Origin: Azolla caroliniana
Lineage: Eukaryota > Plantae > Polypodiophyta
Reading direction: 5' to 3'
DNA: 64,000 bases
NCBI GenBank assembly: GCA_043228905.1
Contig: JBHGNT010000004.1
Location: 5,580,001-5,644,000, forward strand
Shown: positions 47,101 through 63,999 of the stretch, piece by piece
Layout of the letters: each line of letters opens with the position of its first letter
How positions within the stretch are numbered: the first letter of the stretch is position 1
Position numbers and translations under genes: made by a program
Notes under the pieces: model-generated
What the model saw: only the letters and a program-made list of their open reading frames with translations
Databases searched by the model: none
What the model was told of the DNA's origin: nothing

Positions 47101-48119
47101 ATGATCTAACAACAAAACTTTTGATTCAGAGCCGTCCACCTTTGTGGATAAGCTGAATGTGATCGAGCTCCATCATTTGCTTGCCTTACGAATTATCCTC
47201 AATGATAGTAGATGCCAAGCTTGTTAGTTTGACAAGGTTCTCCCATTGTGAACATTATGCCATGTGGGTTTCTTAAGAAAGAATGTAACATAAGTTTATT
47301 GGTGGTGGTCCAAGTGTGATGTGATCATACATGTCTAGTGAGCTTATGTCCGTTCTCAAGCACACAAACAATGAACATGCATTAATCTAATAATCACAAG
47401 GCCTAGATGTGTGCAACCAGATGCATGACTAGCATGTTAATATGCGTCATATTCCCTCTAGTGGTTAAACAAGCTGCAAAGGTGGCTATACCCTTTTGTA
47501 ATTATTTGTAAGGCTAACATTGTAAGCGTTTTCAAACGAACTGAGAGCACTATCATGTCCAACATGACTCTTGATATGACCAACATATCCGGTGCTCTGA
47601 CGATTGTCTTATGGCAGAATTCGGCAAGATTCATCGAATAAAATATAGGGGTGGCGACCGATGCAACCACAGAGGGAAGGCAAATCGCAACCTGAACGAA
47701 GAAACAAAAAAAATTGCGATGATGCTTTCCGGGCATTTTTATTCTGTCAACTTGTATGTCCAATACCGGGTGCAAACCCAAGCCTTCTTAAAAGACAGAA
47801 CAACGTAGGGGAAAACGCATAACTAACGTGACCGCGTGTGCGCGTTGCGTGTGTGTCCGGAGTCCGGACGGAATGACAAGGTGTGGATGGAGGGAGGCCA
47901 TATCATGGGATTAGGGCAAATCATGTAAATCAATTTGTATCTTCAAAAGGAAGGAGAAAGAAAGAAAGAAGAAGAAGAAGAAGAGGCAAAGAAAGAAAGA
48001 ACAAAGATCTCGGACCTAACATAGACCTAAAATTCAAAATTTGAAGGGAGCGGAGGCCCCCCCCCCCCCCGCCCAACACACACACACACACACACACAGA
48101 CGGTTGAGAGAGCCCCCCC

Positions 48120-48245
48120 CGTCACCGTTACACTAACGGATCCATGGCCGTCATCGTTAGGCTAGAATCGACGGCCACTTAACGGCGCAACCCCCAGGGC
48201 CGCCGTTACCGCCCCGTCAAGTCTCCCCTGCCTTCTCACTATAAA
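48120..48245 (+). promoter_or_regulatory. Alpha-tubulin proximal promoter: TATA box and clustered AACGG (MSA-like) motifs
   Basis: TATAAA at 48240-48245; AACGG/CCGTT at 48125, 48135, 48181 and 48203; CT-rich leader downstream. Confidence 0.6.
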
Positions 48246-48448
48246 CCCTCCCAACGCACACCCTCAGCTTCTCCATCGCCATAGCTGTCTGCCTCCTTCC
48301 TTCCTTCCTTCCTTCTCCTGCTTCTTCTTAACCTGAGAGCGTCTTCGCACACGCTTCTCTGTCACTCCTCCTCCTTCGCTCTCTCTCTCTCTCCCCTTCC
48401 CCCTAACCTCTCTTCTTCCTTTCGCCTTCTTCTTTACCTCCTGTCAAC

Positions 48449-50605
<2,157 letters not shown>

Positions 50606-52958
50606 GTAGTGGTTTTGCTATCTGTTAGTTATGGGGCAGGTAGTTAGTTATCTTGTGTTTGTTTTAGGTCGCCATGGTTGTGGGCTTGTGTGAGTAGGTT
50701 AAGAGTATGGTTAGGGTTTGCAGTTATTTGAATTTGCAGAAAAGAGCATGCTCGCTCTTTGGAACAGGGAAATCTCTAGTTGTTTTGGTGTGTTGTCAAT
50801 CTCCTCTCCATATTCTAATGCAAGTAATTTTTTGGACAAGAAGGAAAATCACTAAATTTGTTGCTCTTTGTTTGTTATATTATTGTTGTCATCCCTAATT
50901 TCTCGCATCCTGCTAAAACATTTGTTATATTACTGTTGTCACTAATTTCTCGCGTCTGCTAATTAATCTTCATTAATGACACCTCCAAAATTGCGCGCCC
51001 TTTTTTGTCAGTATGCAGTGTGAATATGTTTATGGCGTGATTCCAAGTTTCTTTCATCGCACTGTGCGTAATGATGAGACGCGTGTCTCTTTTCACCCTG
51101 TTATAAAGGCTTTTGCTCTTCTTCTTTTTAACAGCATGTTACAAACTTACTACTACCTCCTCCTCAATGATGTGTAAAAAAAGCTTCATAAGTTTATCGC
51201 CATAGTCATTGCCTGTGTTGATGATTATATTGTTCTAAATTTTTTCGAGTTTTGTTCTAAAACTTCTGCTCCCAACAAGTTTATGAAGTGTATGGCGTAG
51301 AATAATGTCCACCACCATGCTTGATGAGGTGTGTATAGCCTAGAATGATAATCAAATGACCTGGACGAAATGCACCAAAAGTAATGATAATATCTACGTA
51401 GTTTAAGAATGGGAAGTAGACAACGACATTAAACCTACAACTTGAGACTAAATTGTATGCTGATCTTGTCTGGTGTCTTGAGTGAATGAGATATTAAAGG
51501 AGGGGAGATATCTGCGTGACACGATGGGATCTTTTTGACTCCTTGGTTTCGTTTAATTTACGGCTGGCGTGTACTAGTGGAAAATCAGGCTTTAACTTTT
51601 ACTTCTTTCCTTTTCTTGCACTCACCATCCCTACCTACTACACCCACACCTTCTTTTCACGAAAGCTCGATGGAGTAATATTATAGAATGGAAAAGCATG
51701 GTATGCAATCTATATGTAAATATCTTGTTTATTGTTCTTTGTGGATTTTGTGACAAGAGGGGTTTGGTTTACTTACTACCCTTGTCGCTTGGGTCATGCA
51801 TACATATAGTTCTATTGATTTGTATAATGGGTTCAAATCCTACTACTCAATTCAAGTGTTACCTTTCTCTTTGCAGTGTTTTTGGTTGAACATAAGTTCT
51901 TGTCTACTGATTTGGTCTAGTGTCTCAAGTGAATGAGATATTAAAGTAGTAGAAGAAGAGGAGATAGCAATCATAGCACGACACAATGGGATCCTTTTGG
52001 CTCCTCGATTTCATTCAAATTGTATATTGGTTTATCGAACTCATGACCTTGAAACAATTGAGCAAACTACAACTCAACTCATTTCGCCTTTTATTTTCAC
52101 AAAATCAACTTCCCTAGACTACATGCCACATCATTGTATCAAACTCACAATCTCCAAACACATGATACAATCATCTCAACTATTGCTAGTCTGTACTTGT
52201 ATCTTTTTCATGGTAAACCATATTCCTAGACACATTGTGAGATGACTCTATGAAGGAATCCAAATATCCAAAAAGTTCTTTAAAAAATGATGTCTTGAGA
52301 AACAATTTGATGAACTGCTGAACAACTAGATAATGAGGTGTTGCCTCCCCCTTTCCAAGATGTGCCCAAAATTGTGGCCAATCCAGAGCTATTGATTAAT
52401 CAATTTTGGACTAATTTTGCATCTTGTTGTGACAAATGTCTTCATCGGAGGTTTATCCCAATTGATAAAACACATTATTTGTCCAATTCCCAATCTTATC
52501 ATTGTTGACTCTATAAAGTCCAATTATATAGTGGCATAGCCTTTTTCTAGATCAACTTGCATAATAACTATATCTTATTCTATAGATTTTGGACGTCCCA
52601 TTCTAATGATGTAAGCATTTGCAATATTATCAAGTTACATGTCGCCGAGATATAAAATCCATATTGATTCACACGGACTTCTTTTGACTAGGCAATCTTC
52701 AATTCTATCAGCTAAACCATGGGCCGCATTTGAGCAGGACATGGTTCTGAGACAGTTATCCGTTTTCCCGAGAGTTAATGCGGATGAGGGTGTGGTTTAA
52801 TGACCGCCTGGGTAGTATATTGGAAAGCATGTCCAAATTATGTCCGGGGTGGACGGGCGGTCAAATGGCCGGCCAAATGTGACAGCAGATATGTAGACAC
52901 TGACGGAGAGAGAGAGAGAGATATGTATGCATTCACCACATAACATTATCTTTTCCAT

Positions 52959-52993
<35 letters not shown>

Positions 52994-53082
52994 CTTCTCT
53001 CTCAGGTATATATGTATATGTATATTTATCTTTAGCAGTCTCAGTCTACAGAAACGATAGAAGAAAAGACTTAAGCTCAGAA

Positions 53083-55080
53083 ATGGCGTTCGCTGCTCAA
53101 GCTTCTGCAGCTCTTGTGAGCTGCTGCTACTTCTCAGATCCAAGCTCAACCACAAACTCGAACAAAGCTTCCCCTTGCTCTACCTCCTCCTCCTCCTCCT
53201 CCTCCTCCTGTTTAGTCCGACCTTCTTCTCGCTTTCTCTCTGGCGATGGTTTAGTGCCGTCTTTGCGAAGCTCCCTCTCAGGACTCTCTGTCTCGGATCC
53301 TTCCCTTTCTTTGCCGAATTTCTCTTCAGGTAGACGAAGAATCACAACCTGCATGGCTTGGGGCGGCACACTCGCGTCGGTTCGCCTTATCATCCAAGGA
53401 AAACATCTCGAGGTAGGATCTTTCTGTTAGATTGTGCATCCATTTACTGTTGTACTTATATATTTATATTCTTTACTCGGTTTTCCAGGGTTTTGCAGAA
53501 TTTTTATTGAGAGGACTGTCTCATTTAAAGTTTCATTTTTACTTAGAATCGTTTATGCGTTCGTTAACATGTATATCTCGTTTTTTCTTCAGTGATCCAT
53601 GGTTTTCTGAATTCATTGTGCTTTGCGTACTCTGATTGAGGGGAAATTGTTGGTAAAAACATGTCCATTTTACATAGGCAATTCGGGATTAGAATGGTTA
53701 TTGTAATGTAGAGACATGTGTTTTTAACATTTTTTATTTTACATATTAAACATTGTATCACAATTGAGACTTCATTTTCTGTCATGCATATAAGCAGGAT
53801 GACTTTTCTTGTTCCAAATAATTCACTGATGGAGTTTCTGTATAATAAAGAGAGATAAGAATTGAGACTACATTCTCTTCAAATGGATGCAAATGTGTTC
53901 TGCTTTCATGCTCAGGGGGAGGCTAATACTAATGAACATTGTCTTTTTTATGGAGGAAAATACTGAAATAATCATCCTAGACTTGGTAAATCAGATTTCA
54001 AGGCCAACTCATCCTTTTAAACTAAAATCTGGAGAGAGCCAGACTGGTTGCAATAACTTTATGCTCACATCATTTCGGTTTTCCTTTCCATTTATTTTTG
54101 TTTTGGATCATGATACATGATGAAATTTGAGAAAAAAACAGAAATATATTTGAAACATTTGGTGGTTGTCAGCTCACAGACGCGAATAAGGCTTATGTGG
54201 AGGAAAAGATAGGAAATGCAATTCATAATCAATACAATCTATTACGTGAAGTAGATGTCCGAATGTCTGTTCGCGGTGGAGAGTCTGGTAGTAAAGGTCC
54301 TAAACTGCAAAGATGTGAGGTAAGCGGCCATGTATTAATATGGTGTCTTTCTTCTGGTAGTTTCAATTTGTATAAGATAGATTCTATTGTTTCAATATTT
54401 ATGAGGTAGGTTTGTTGAATGTTTTAGGTTACAATGTTTACTAAAAAACATGGAGTAGTTCGAGCTGAAGAAGAGTCTGATTCCATGTATGCTAGCATAG
54501 ATCGAGTTTCAGATGTAATCTCGAGAAAGCTTCGGAAAATCAAAGAGAAGGATGTTGGGAGACCCCGGCATCAGCAAAAAGTAGGAGAATTATTGACAAC
54601 TGAAGAGGTCCAATTCAAACACCAAGAACCAAACGATCTACCAGATGAAGTTAGTACTCTTTGAATTGATTCATTAATTCATCTGATAATTCTTCCTCCA
54701 AATATGCTTGGATTTCATTTGTTTAATATATTGTCTTTAATCTAGCATAAATCCTCTTCCATATTCAGGTTGTGAGGACAAAGTACTTCGAGATGATGCC
54801 TATGACACCTGATGAAGCACTAGAGCAATTGGTGAATGTTGGCCACGATTTCTTTGCATTCAGGAATGTTGGAAGTGGTATGTTCATCTCTAGTCTCTGA
54901 ATGCTGTCTTTGTAATAACCAAGAGAAGTGTAATGAGCTTCTTGGTTTCTTTTCTACTGGCCTATTGTAGGTGAGATCAACATTTTATACAAGCGCAAAC
55001 ATGGTGGCTATGGCCTTATCATTCCAAGAAATAATGAAGCATGGGAAAATACAGATAATGGAGCTAGAAGGAAAAGTTAG
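53083..55080 (+). CDS. PSRP1: Plastid-specific ribosomal protein 1 / ribosome hibernation factor (S30AE/HPF family), 305 aa; exons 53083-53412, 54173-54319, 54428-54649, 54769-54877, 54971-55080
   Basis: Ser-rich transit-peptide-like N-terminus, then [20 protein letters not shown]|[47 protein letters not shown] and [22 protein letters not shown] introns keep the frame (918 nt). Confidence 0.95.
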
Positions 55081-56478
55081 GCCCAATTGTGTGGAATTTC
55101 ATTTCTGTTACTAGAGTGGTATAGAAAGCAAAGAAAAATATCTGCTTTTTTACCATGTTGAGAATCCTTCTTGACAAAAGTACTTGGTTTTTGGATTGTG
55201 AATGAGATGCTCAGGGAGTACAAGGATCTTCAATAGTTGCATTGGAAACGAACGGTAAGATTGAGTTTTATTGGCCTTATCAATACATCTAGACTAAGCA
55301 GATCACTGGGTAATGCACGATGGTTAGGTTTGTAGTTTTCACATGATACATGATATCAAGCTTTAAGTGATACTCAAGCCCTTTTATGTATGCTAGGTGT
55401 ATTATATTGGTTTTTAATTCCTGCTATAGCATGTTGAAGATCTTGTGTGATTGCGCGCAACCTGTATTATACAGGTTTATTTTGTTATTCATAGAAGAGC
55501 ATCTTTAAGTACATGTCCCTCTTACTTCTTGTGGCTACAGTGGGGGAGTGAAGACTTGATATCATCTATCAAAATGCTTGTATTGAACATCTTTGTTCAT
55601 CTCAATCCTACCATTTGTATGCAGGTGTGCATCGACTGACCCAAGTTTTTAACTTGCATTTGCACGTATTGAAATTTACGGCCTTTGCACATGTTAAAAC
55701 TTAACAACATTGCACACGATTGATCTACATATATTTGAACCCATGATTCCATCGCTATCTCACATATTGTCTTCTTTTATGTAACATTATAGGACACTAC
55801 TTGATTTAAAATATTCTAAAATGCCAATGCCTACTTTTTAGATCATACATGTTTTATTTGTAAACTGATCAAATATGTTTATTTGAATTAATGTTGGACT
55901 ACTTATTGTTCATAAGTAATTAGCCTCGTTTTTCTCATTTTAGGGGGATTAATCTCTCATAAAAACTGAGCATGTGCACATAGCAACAAAATATTTGCCT
56001 ATTATTATATACATATGCATATTGGTGGTGAGCACTATCATCTCTGGACTGTATTTATAAGCTTGACATTAGATCTTTGTTCAATATATGTTCTATGGAT
56101 ACTGTTCAATATTTTACCCTTATCATTGATGCTCACAATATCCATGGATGTCATGGATACTAATAAGATTTTTATTACTCTTCGAAACTTGCCACTAGAT
56201 CTTTATTTAATATACTTTGTATGTATGTTTTCCAGTTTTACTCTTATTGTTGATGCTTAATGCATGGATGTCATCAATGTCAAATTTCTTTTGTGAGCGA
56301 TGTAAATTTGTAAGTGAATCTCTGTTTTGTTTGACAAGTTAAATTCAACATCTGAAAAGGTGTTATGTACAATCAGCTATCATTGTTACCATGCTATTCA
56401 AAGTATTTTTGTTGAGTAATAGAGAAATGTTTGGGACACCACAATACCATTAGAATGTCTTTGGTTAAACAACGAACA

Positions 56479-56976
56479 GGTGTGGTTTTGAATGCTAAAG
56501 AGATGTTTGTATGCCTTAACTTGTGTCCCTTTACATCAATAACAATGTTATTAAAAGTCATGAGTGTTGTATCCATTGGTTCCAATATGTGACAATTAAA
56601 CATGATGATTTATTTATTTATCATAATATTCAATATTACATCTTATATGGTACATGCGTAACTATTATCTGATCAGACAGGTTTTCTGTAGTTTTCCCTA
56701 ATCTTATGATGAGTACATGTGGTGGTGTGGTTTTATGAATGCCAAAGAGATGTTTTGTATGCCTTAACTTGTTGTGTCCCTTTACGCCAGTAAACAATGG
56801 TGTTCAAAGTCATGAGCATTGTATCCACTGATTTCAATATGTGACAATTGAACATGATGATTCATTTGTTTATCGTAATATTCAATATTACATCCTATAT
56901 GTTATGCTCATAACCATATTTGATCATGAGATAAGTTTTCTGTAGTTTTCCCAAATCTTATGATGAGTACATGTGG
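56479..56976. repeat. Diverged ~250-bp tandem duplication
   Basis: Both units run GTGGTTTT..AAAGAGATGTTT..AATCTTATGATGAGTACATGTGG. Confidence 0.85.
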
Positions 56977-59900
56977 GTTATATTGAGGGTATGAATTGAA
57001 TTGCAATTCTACAATGTGAAACATGAATTATTCGTGTTTAAACACACTAGGGCCTAGGATTTTTTCCAATTGAAGAAGGTTGGCTACCTTCTTCTCAAGG
57101 GAGGCTTGACTTATATTGATACTATGTAAGTTTGGATATTAAACACATGATATCCTCACGGAACCCAAGGTACAACTCGCATCAACACTTGATGGTATGG
57201 AACATTGTTACATGCAAAACCTATCTCATTTGTTATGCATATAACAAACATCATGGAAGTTGGATATGCCTCACACCGTCGTTAGGTGTTGGTCCTTTCT
57301 TTGGTATATAAATCCTAATGTTTTACTTAAATAATTAGTTGCACGCTAACACTTTATGACATCAATAACGAGATAATTGAGATGTATAGCATCCTCTTAA
57401 TGCTTTTTACTAATTTAACTTATGGAATTATTATTAACTCTTATAACTCATACATGTCTTATTGTTCTCTAATTATATAGTATTATGAAGGTATTGCAAG
57501 TAAACCTAGACTACCTAATTTTCATTCCTAGAGAATGACAATTGTCTTAATCAAAGGCTATATGTACACCATATGCATGTTTTAAAGTTGGGGGCACTAT
57601 TTGTAAAGATTAGATGTCACCTATGTGATTGACCCTTTGGAAAACACCGTATATAGAGACCTATAGACTTTTTCTTATGCATGTTTATATGAAAACTAAT
57701 ACACACTTTTTGAGTATGTTAACACAACTACAAATTTGTCTTACATATGTACTATGTTGGGAAACGATTTGCAACATACTAGTCTAGACCTAAACAAGGA
57801 ATATAAGGTGCTCCAAATAAGGTAATTGAAACTTAAATAGCTGAATTGTACTCCAGTTTACTTAAACGTTCATCGGGGGGGGAGAAACAATGCACTATTG
57901 CAACAATAGGAGAGTAGGTGCTATTGCCCCCCAAATGGCTAGAATTTCAAGTAGTTCATAAATCTTTGGTTCTGGAGAACGATAATAACATGAAAGATGG
58001 TCTTTTGTGTGAACTTATGGTGCTCTAAGGGTATATGAATCACAACCTTAAGAAATAACATGCTAAGCATAGATACATCATACATATATCCATTGTAGTA
58101 TAGTCAAGATTTCTCAACATATGTTTCACGTGTTTACACATAACTCCCTTGTAGTTTTATAATCTTATCCAAAGACATACAAATTGATAGTTTCATGATT
58201 CATCTTATCCAAGAGCATGCAAATTGGCCATTTTCTCCTCAATATGTATCTGTAGTCTCATCTTATCCAAGAGTATGCAATTTGGTTATTTTTGCTTAAA
58301 CCATGGTGGTATTGAAATTTGCTTTTGAGAACAAGTTGTTGAAAACAATGACATTGCTTACGCAAGACGATATAAACTACTTTCAAATGATTATGTGTCT
58401 ATAACAATGATGATTGTTTTTTAATAGGTTGCCTTTTCACTCTCAAAGATCGATCGGATATTTCCATCACAAGCATTATTATATCCTAGACTCTAGGTCT
58501 CACGTGATATAGGGTCCACTCATGACATTGTAATTCAAAAATATATTGGATTGCATCTTGCACACTTGTGAAGTTAACTGATTCATGTTTTATGATTTGT
58601 CTAACTGCAACATTATTTTCTATTTTAGATTCAAAAGTAAATGAAAAATATTGTATAGCGTGTATTATTACATACCAATCCCCCCTCTTAGGTTAAAGAC
58701 GAATATTCAAACACTTGCTTTGATACGTGATATTTGGCATCCAACTTTTTGAAAGTAGCTCAAATAAAAGCACATAACATTTAGAGATAGACAATTCAAA
58801 GCTAGATTGTTGTTACAAAAGATAATCAACGTTGCTCATGCTGGAACCTTTGAGAGAGAGTACATACATATATTAATCTCTTGAATAATATATTGTAACA
58901 CATCATACATGTTTGATGATTGGACCATTTGCCCTAAACTAGCCATCCAGTGTTAGCGTTTACCGAACACATGTTTATATACCTTTCAAGCCCCGTCATT
59001 GTACTATTTTTCCATGGTTGTGGATCTTATCAAGAAATTAATCATGTCTAGACTCCACACACACACATACACACATCTTTCCATGTCATTATCCTAATTT
59101 TTGTACAACCCATTGACACATATTATCATCCGAGATGCTCACCATCTTGATTTCATCTTAGATGCCCTCTGATTGTATACGTGCATTCATTTATGGTGCA
59201 CTTCATCTATATAAAAACTATTAATTTGCCTAGAATATTAACTTGTGGTCCTTCGCTGCTTCATGTCATTATCCATGAATTGGTCATTGGAAGGTCTACA
59301 TTCCTTTACCTAAATTATCATTTTCTTCCCCTTGTTATTCTTTGCTCTCTGCCCTTGTGATGTAATAACATGTTGCCTTATGTGTATGTGCATGTGAGGA
59401 AGAGATGTTGTAGATGTGGAGTCAAATAGATACATATTCATGACATCAAAGCATTTGTTTTACAGAAATGACATATCTACCAGAAAGGCAAAATAAATAT
59501 ATTTTTATAAAGCTCTTTATGAAATTAGTCAATCAATTTCGATAGTCAAGTATAAAGTTATCAACCTTTACTATGATAGGAAGGTCATTACATTGTTTTT
59601 CATCACATGTTCTCTTTTCCAAAGGTGTGCCCCTACAGATATTGTCCAATCCCCCCCCTCTTTCTAAAGGATTAAAGCTAATCATACACGTACACATGGA
59701 TTATATGTATGTCGATAATTGACTAATGACATTGCTTCTCTTAATATTTCTTGAGATGTAAGGTTGATTATTCATATTCATTAACAATGTTTCTTGATAC
59801 CTTTACTTAGTTGGGTGGTTGGTTGTTGTACATTATAAACCAACCCCCTTTTTAATTTACTAACTATAGAAAAATAAATTTATTCAAGAGAGGACATTTG

Positions 59901-61109
59901 TGAGCTTGTACCAACATATGTTGTCTTATTCATATACTCTTTTGAGTGTGATGAGTAGTTGGCCTATATGTTTTGTTAATTCATAACATGTAGTGATTTT
60001 TATCACATTCATTTTTATTTTTTTTCCAAAACAAAACTCCTTCCATTAGTTATAAAATTTTACAAATGAGACGATTATGTACAAATCCCTGATCAAAACA
60101 CATATATGTTTAACCCCAAAACGAAACACAATATTTTGAAATAGTATCTGTTTATTGAACCACTCACAAAAGTTCGATAAAGACGTACAGACTATCATAG
60201 CATATGAACATTTCTTGCTCGAAGATGAATGGTTACAAATGTTATCAAATTTGATATTTGCAATCTTGAAAATTGTATAATAAAATCAAGTTATGGGGAG
60301 ATTACTATAATATGTATGATTTTTGATATGTTGTGCACTTTTATATGGAATACTTGTCGTCAAATTGAGTACATCTAATCCTCGCACAAACATCTTGATA
60401 GCAACTAGTCACCTAAAATCATTTATGAATTATTCAAGGTGAAAAGATACAACATATCAACTTAATGTGAATGGTGATGTATGAAATGTGCTGGTCAATT
60501 TTGATTGTAGAGGGCTGAGGTGGCAAAATAGAGCTCTGTATCAAACTCGTCAATCAATTGCGTCGATATAAAAAATGGAAAACAAAACTGAAGCAAATTC
60601 TAGCCAACTAAGGGCAAAGAACATTTTAAAGATGGGATTCGTAAAGTGCGTAAAGCATGAGCAGTACAATAAATATTTCACATTAAATGTTCCTTCTACA
60701 AGTAGTCTGTAACCAATATGGTTTCTAGAACAAAGGTCATGTATGTGATCTACGTTTGTTTACATTAAAATATATGTGCATTTTGAATAATCACACAATT
60801 TGTGTGCCTCAAACAGAAATGTTTAAGGCTAAGATGAACCCATTGCAAAGATATCTTCTTATTTAAGAATATGGGAAATTTTCAAATTTATTATGCTTGT
60901 CTAAAATTTGGCAACCAACAAACACATGAATTGAATGTCATGATATCATAATATTTGAAGGACTTGAACTTTCATACACATTATTTCAATCTTATAAACT
61001 CTCTCTCTTTCTTTGATAATTCCTTGTAAGAATATGTAGTATATGTTTTTACGATGAACTAAGAACATGCAGTATATGTACCCCTTTGAGTTGTGTACGA
61101 ACTAAGAGG

Positions 61110-61600
61110 CATTTCAAGCAAGTTAACTAGGATGTCACTCATCAAGCAAATTCCAATGCAAATAAGTTTTGAAATAGGTGACTTTTTGAAGTATTTGGAA
61201 ATTACTTGACATGGAGCTAATGGGGGTGTTAGGGTGGTCTACAAGGACTACGCGTTGTCTAGGAACTGGACAAAGGCTTGATATTGGGATTCATTCCTCA
61301 TAGCCATTTTATAGAGATGATCCTTGTGTTGATGACAATGTATCGATGGTCAAATTAGCTTGTGTTTTAGGATGTGCCTAAACAATAAACCCAATGGGTT
61401 GGTTGGCGCCCTTGGTGTCAACCTATTCATCTTGTCTAAGGCTTTGCATAGGTGCATCCAAGGATGAAATATCCTTTCTAGTATTGGCATTCACAACTAA
61501 ATTAGGGAAGGGTGCTAACTTTGCAAAGGGTATCCAATCAATATCCCTATATGAAGATAGACATGTATATAGATAAACAATTGTACTTTTGCTTGGAGGA
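61110..61600 (+). mobile_element. Highly decayed LINE (L1-like) reverse transcriptase remnant
   Basis: Ordered residual motifs: DYALSRNWTKA (cf. LD..KAYD), HFIEMILVL, PLVS/LFIL (cf. CPLAPYLFIL) and ISLYED (cf. SLYADD). Many frameshifts. Confidence 0.45.
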
Positions 61601-61787
61601 TTGACTAGAACATGTTTTCAATTAACACCACGTGAAAAAAAGTTTGGCTTTATTTATGACTATCCAGTTTTTGTCTTTTACATTACTGTAGTTTGAAATA
61701 TAAACATGAAAGATGTAATGGTAAAATTTTGTTTCACCCAAGTTGAATGGGTAAGTTCAATTGCCAAGCAATGGGTTTAATATCTCA

Positions 61788-62200
61788 TTAGTCATGGGAA
61801 AAACTCTTCAGAACTTCAATTTGTGATTATGTACACTGATGTTTGCTCCCAAAAATTTGAAAAATGTCTTTACAACGTTGACTTCACTTCTGAGACATTT
61901 GTTTGCTCCAAAAAGTGAGAAATTGCTTCACAACATAGGCATTGTCACATTTTACACAGCCCAATAAACAAAAATGATAGCATTGTTTATTGTCTAGTTA
62001 GTTATGGGAATAACTCTTCATAACTTCAACTTGTGGTTATGTACATTGTTTTTGTTTCTCCCAAAACTCCAAAAAATGTCTTTACAACATTGACTTTATG
62101 TGTGAGACATTTGTTTGCTCCAAAATATAAGAAATCGCTTCACAACATAGGCATTGTCACATTTTACACAATCCAATGAACAGAAATGATAGCATTGTTT
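61788..62200. repeat. Diverged ~210-bp tandem duplication
   Basis: Both units run TAGT.ATGGGAA.AACTCTTCA..CACAACATAGGCATTGTCACATTTTACACA..ATGATAGCATTGTTT. Confidence 0.85.
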
Positions 62201-63959
62201 TAGATAAACAAACTTCCCATTATGTTCATTTTAATTTTCATAAACCTATTTAAGAGTATGACTTCTTCATAATCCTAACAAGAAAAGCACAAAGACCTAC
62301 TTGACAAAGTTCTTTACTAGGATAATTCAAGATATATGTTGACTAAAGTCCATTTGTTCAACAATACATGGGCATGCTTGTTGATTGCATGCATATCTAT
62401 ATCACACATTACATGAATGATAACGCAAATGTATAACATGAAATGTTTTTGGATTTGGCAGCATAATGTATACCCTATCTATCTAACAAGCTTTCTTCAA
62501 AAGCCTTGAAAGCTACAAATACATTGTCTACAAGCACGAGACATCACAACCAATAGTACACTCACATCTTGATTACATTATTATTGTAAGATTATTGTTG
62601 TTCTTAAGAATTGGTTAAGTGGATCACACCAATGATGCAATGAATTCAATGCATGCTATATTTGTATGATGTAATTAATATGTACATCACAATACACGAT
62701 GTATCAACAAGTTAGGTAGACATGATAAAATAATTGGGTTAAATAAGGAGAAAGCTGAAATGGAAAAATAGTGATGATGGCCTGTCATTTATCATAACAT
62801 GTCCACCAACAACATCCCCATGAAGAAAGCACGCAAAACATCTTTTTTGTTGATACATGCTTTCATAAATCCTTTGTCCAAGGGACATGTAAAGACTACA
62901 AGCTTTGTTTTAAATGGGCAATGAATTTTTCGCAATTCTATATGATGTTGTCTATATTCCTCATGCAACGTATTTCGTAAGCATGCATTATGCCCTTTAA
63001 ACATGAGCTAATTTTATGTAGACAAGTAACCTACCAATAGAAAATGATGATCTTAAATTTGTATTATGAATTCTTTTCTTCTTCTTCCTCCTCTTCTTCT
63101 TCTATGATTGTATAATAAGTTATTCCACTTTGCAAACTGCCCATACAAATCATTGTAATATGGTACAACATTTTTCGGAGTAAATATTAAGGTGTGCAAT
63201 CTCAAACTAAATTATTGAAAAAATAAAATTCTATGATAAAAACGAAAACATGTTGCTCGAGACCCGAACCCACATTCTCATGTGACTTTATTAGTACATC
63301 ATCTTGTACATAAAGGCAATGTTTGAACTTAGGTATGAATCTATAAACAATAATAAGGGTGAATGACATAAAGGCAATGATTTCACATTCTGGTTTAACG
63401 CGTATTGTCTTGTCTTGATCCTTGATACCCACTTTAGAGTGGACTTTACAAGACACATGAATTGAATCTACAATCGTTGGTCTGTTTGGCGTAAAACTTC
63501 AACCACATCACGCTTTTATACTTGATTATTTCAAGATTAATACATATTGGGCATTTTTCAAATTGAGCATGGATTTTTCAACTATCAAGGTCTATGATAT
63601 GATATTGTTTTGTCACAAACTATGACGAGAATATATAAAGGGCAACAATGCAACCTTATATACATTTGAAAAGGTGTGCGTAATGTAAACTAGAATTTGG
63701 AATAATATTAATATATTACAATAAGTCAAGTGCTCTTTCCCTATCATAGGCAAGCATACATTTGTATGAAGTTTGTAAAGAATTAGTTGGAGTTAATGCA
63801 AGCAAATTAGCAATGCATTTTGCCATGCCACATGATATTTCTCAGTGGATTGAGTCGAATATTCTACGTGCTTGTTTCATTGTGAGGTTTATTCAACCAT
63901 GAAGTTCCCATATTCTCCTTAGAGGCAAAATGGATGGGTTAGTGACGACGTCCTATTTA

Positions 63960-63966
<7 letters not shown>

Positions 63967-63999
<33 letters not shown>
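63967..63999. repeat. (GT)n microsatellite
   Basis: Seen directly at the end of the window. Confidence 0.95.

Noticed and set aside
52927-53082. Upstream in-frame ATG extending PSRP1
   Set aside because: The extension translates a (CT)n leader microsatellite; ATG 53083 has good context (AAATGGC) and begins the transit-peptide-like sequence.
62792-63456. Short minus-strand ORFs
   Set aside because: No identifiable domain; consistent with chance ORFs or very old TE debris in AT-rich DNA.
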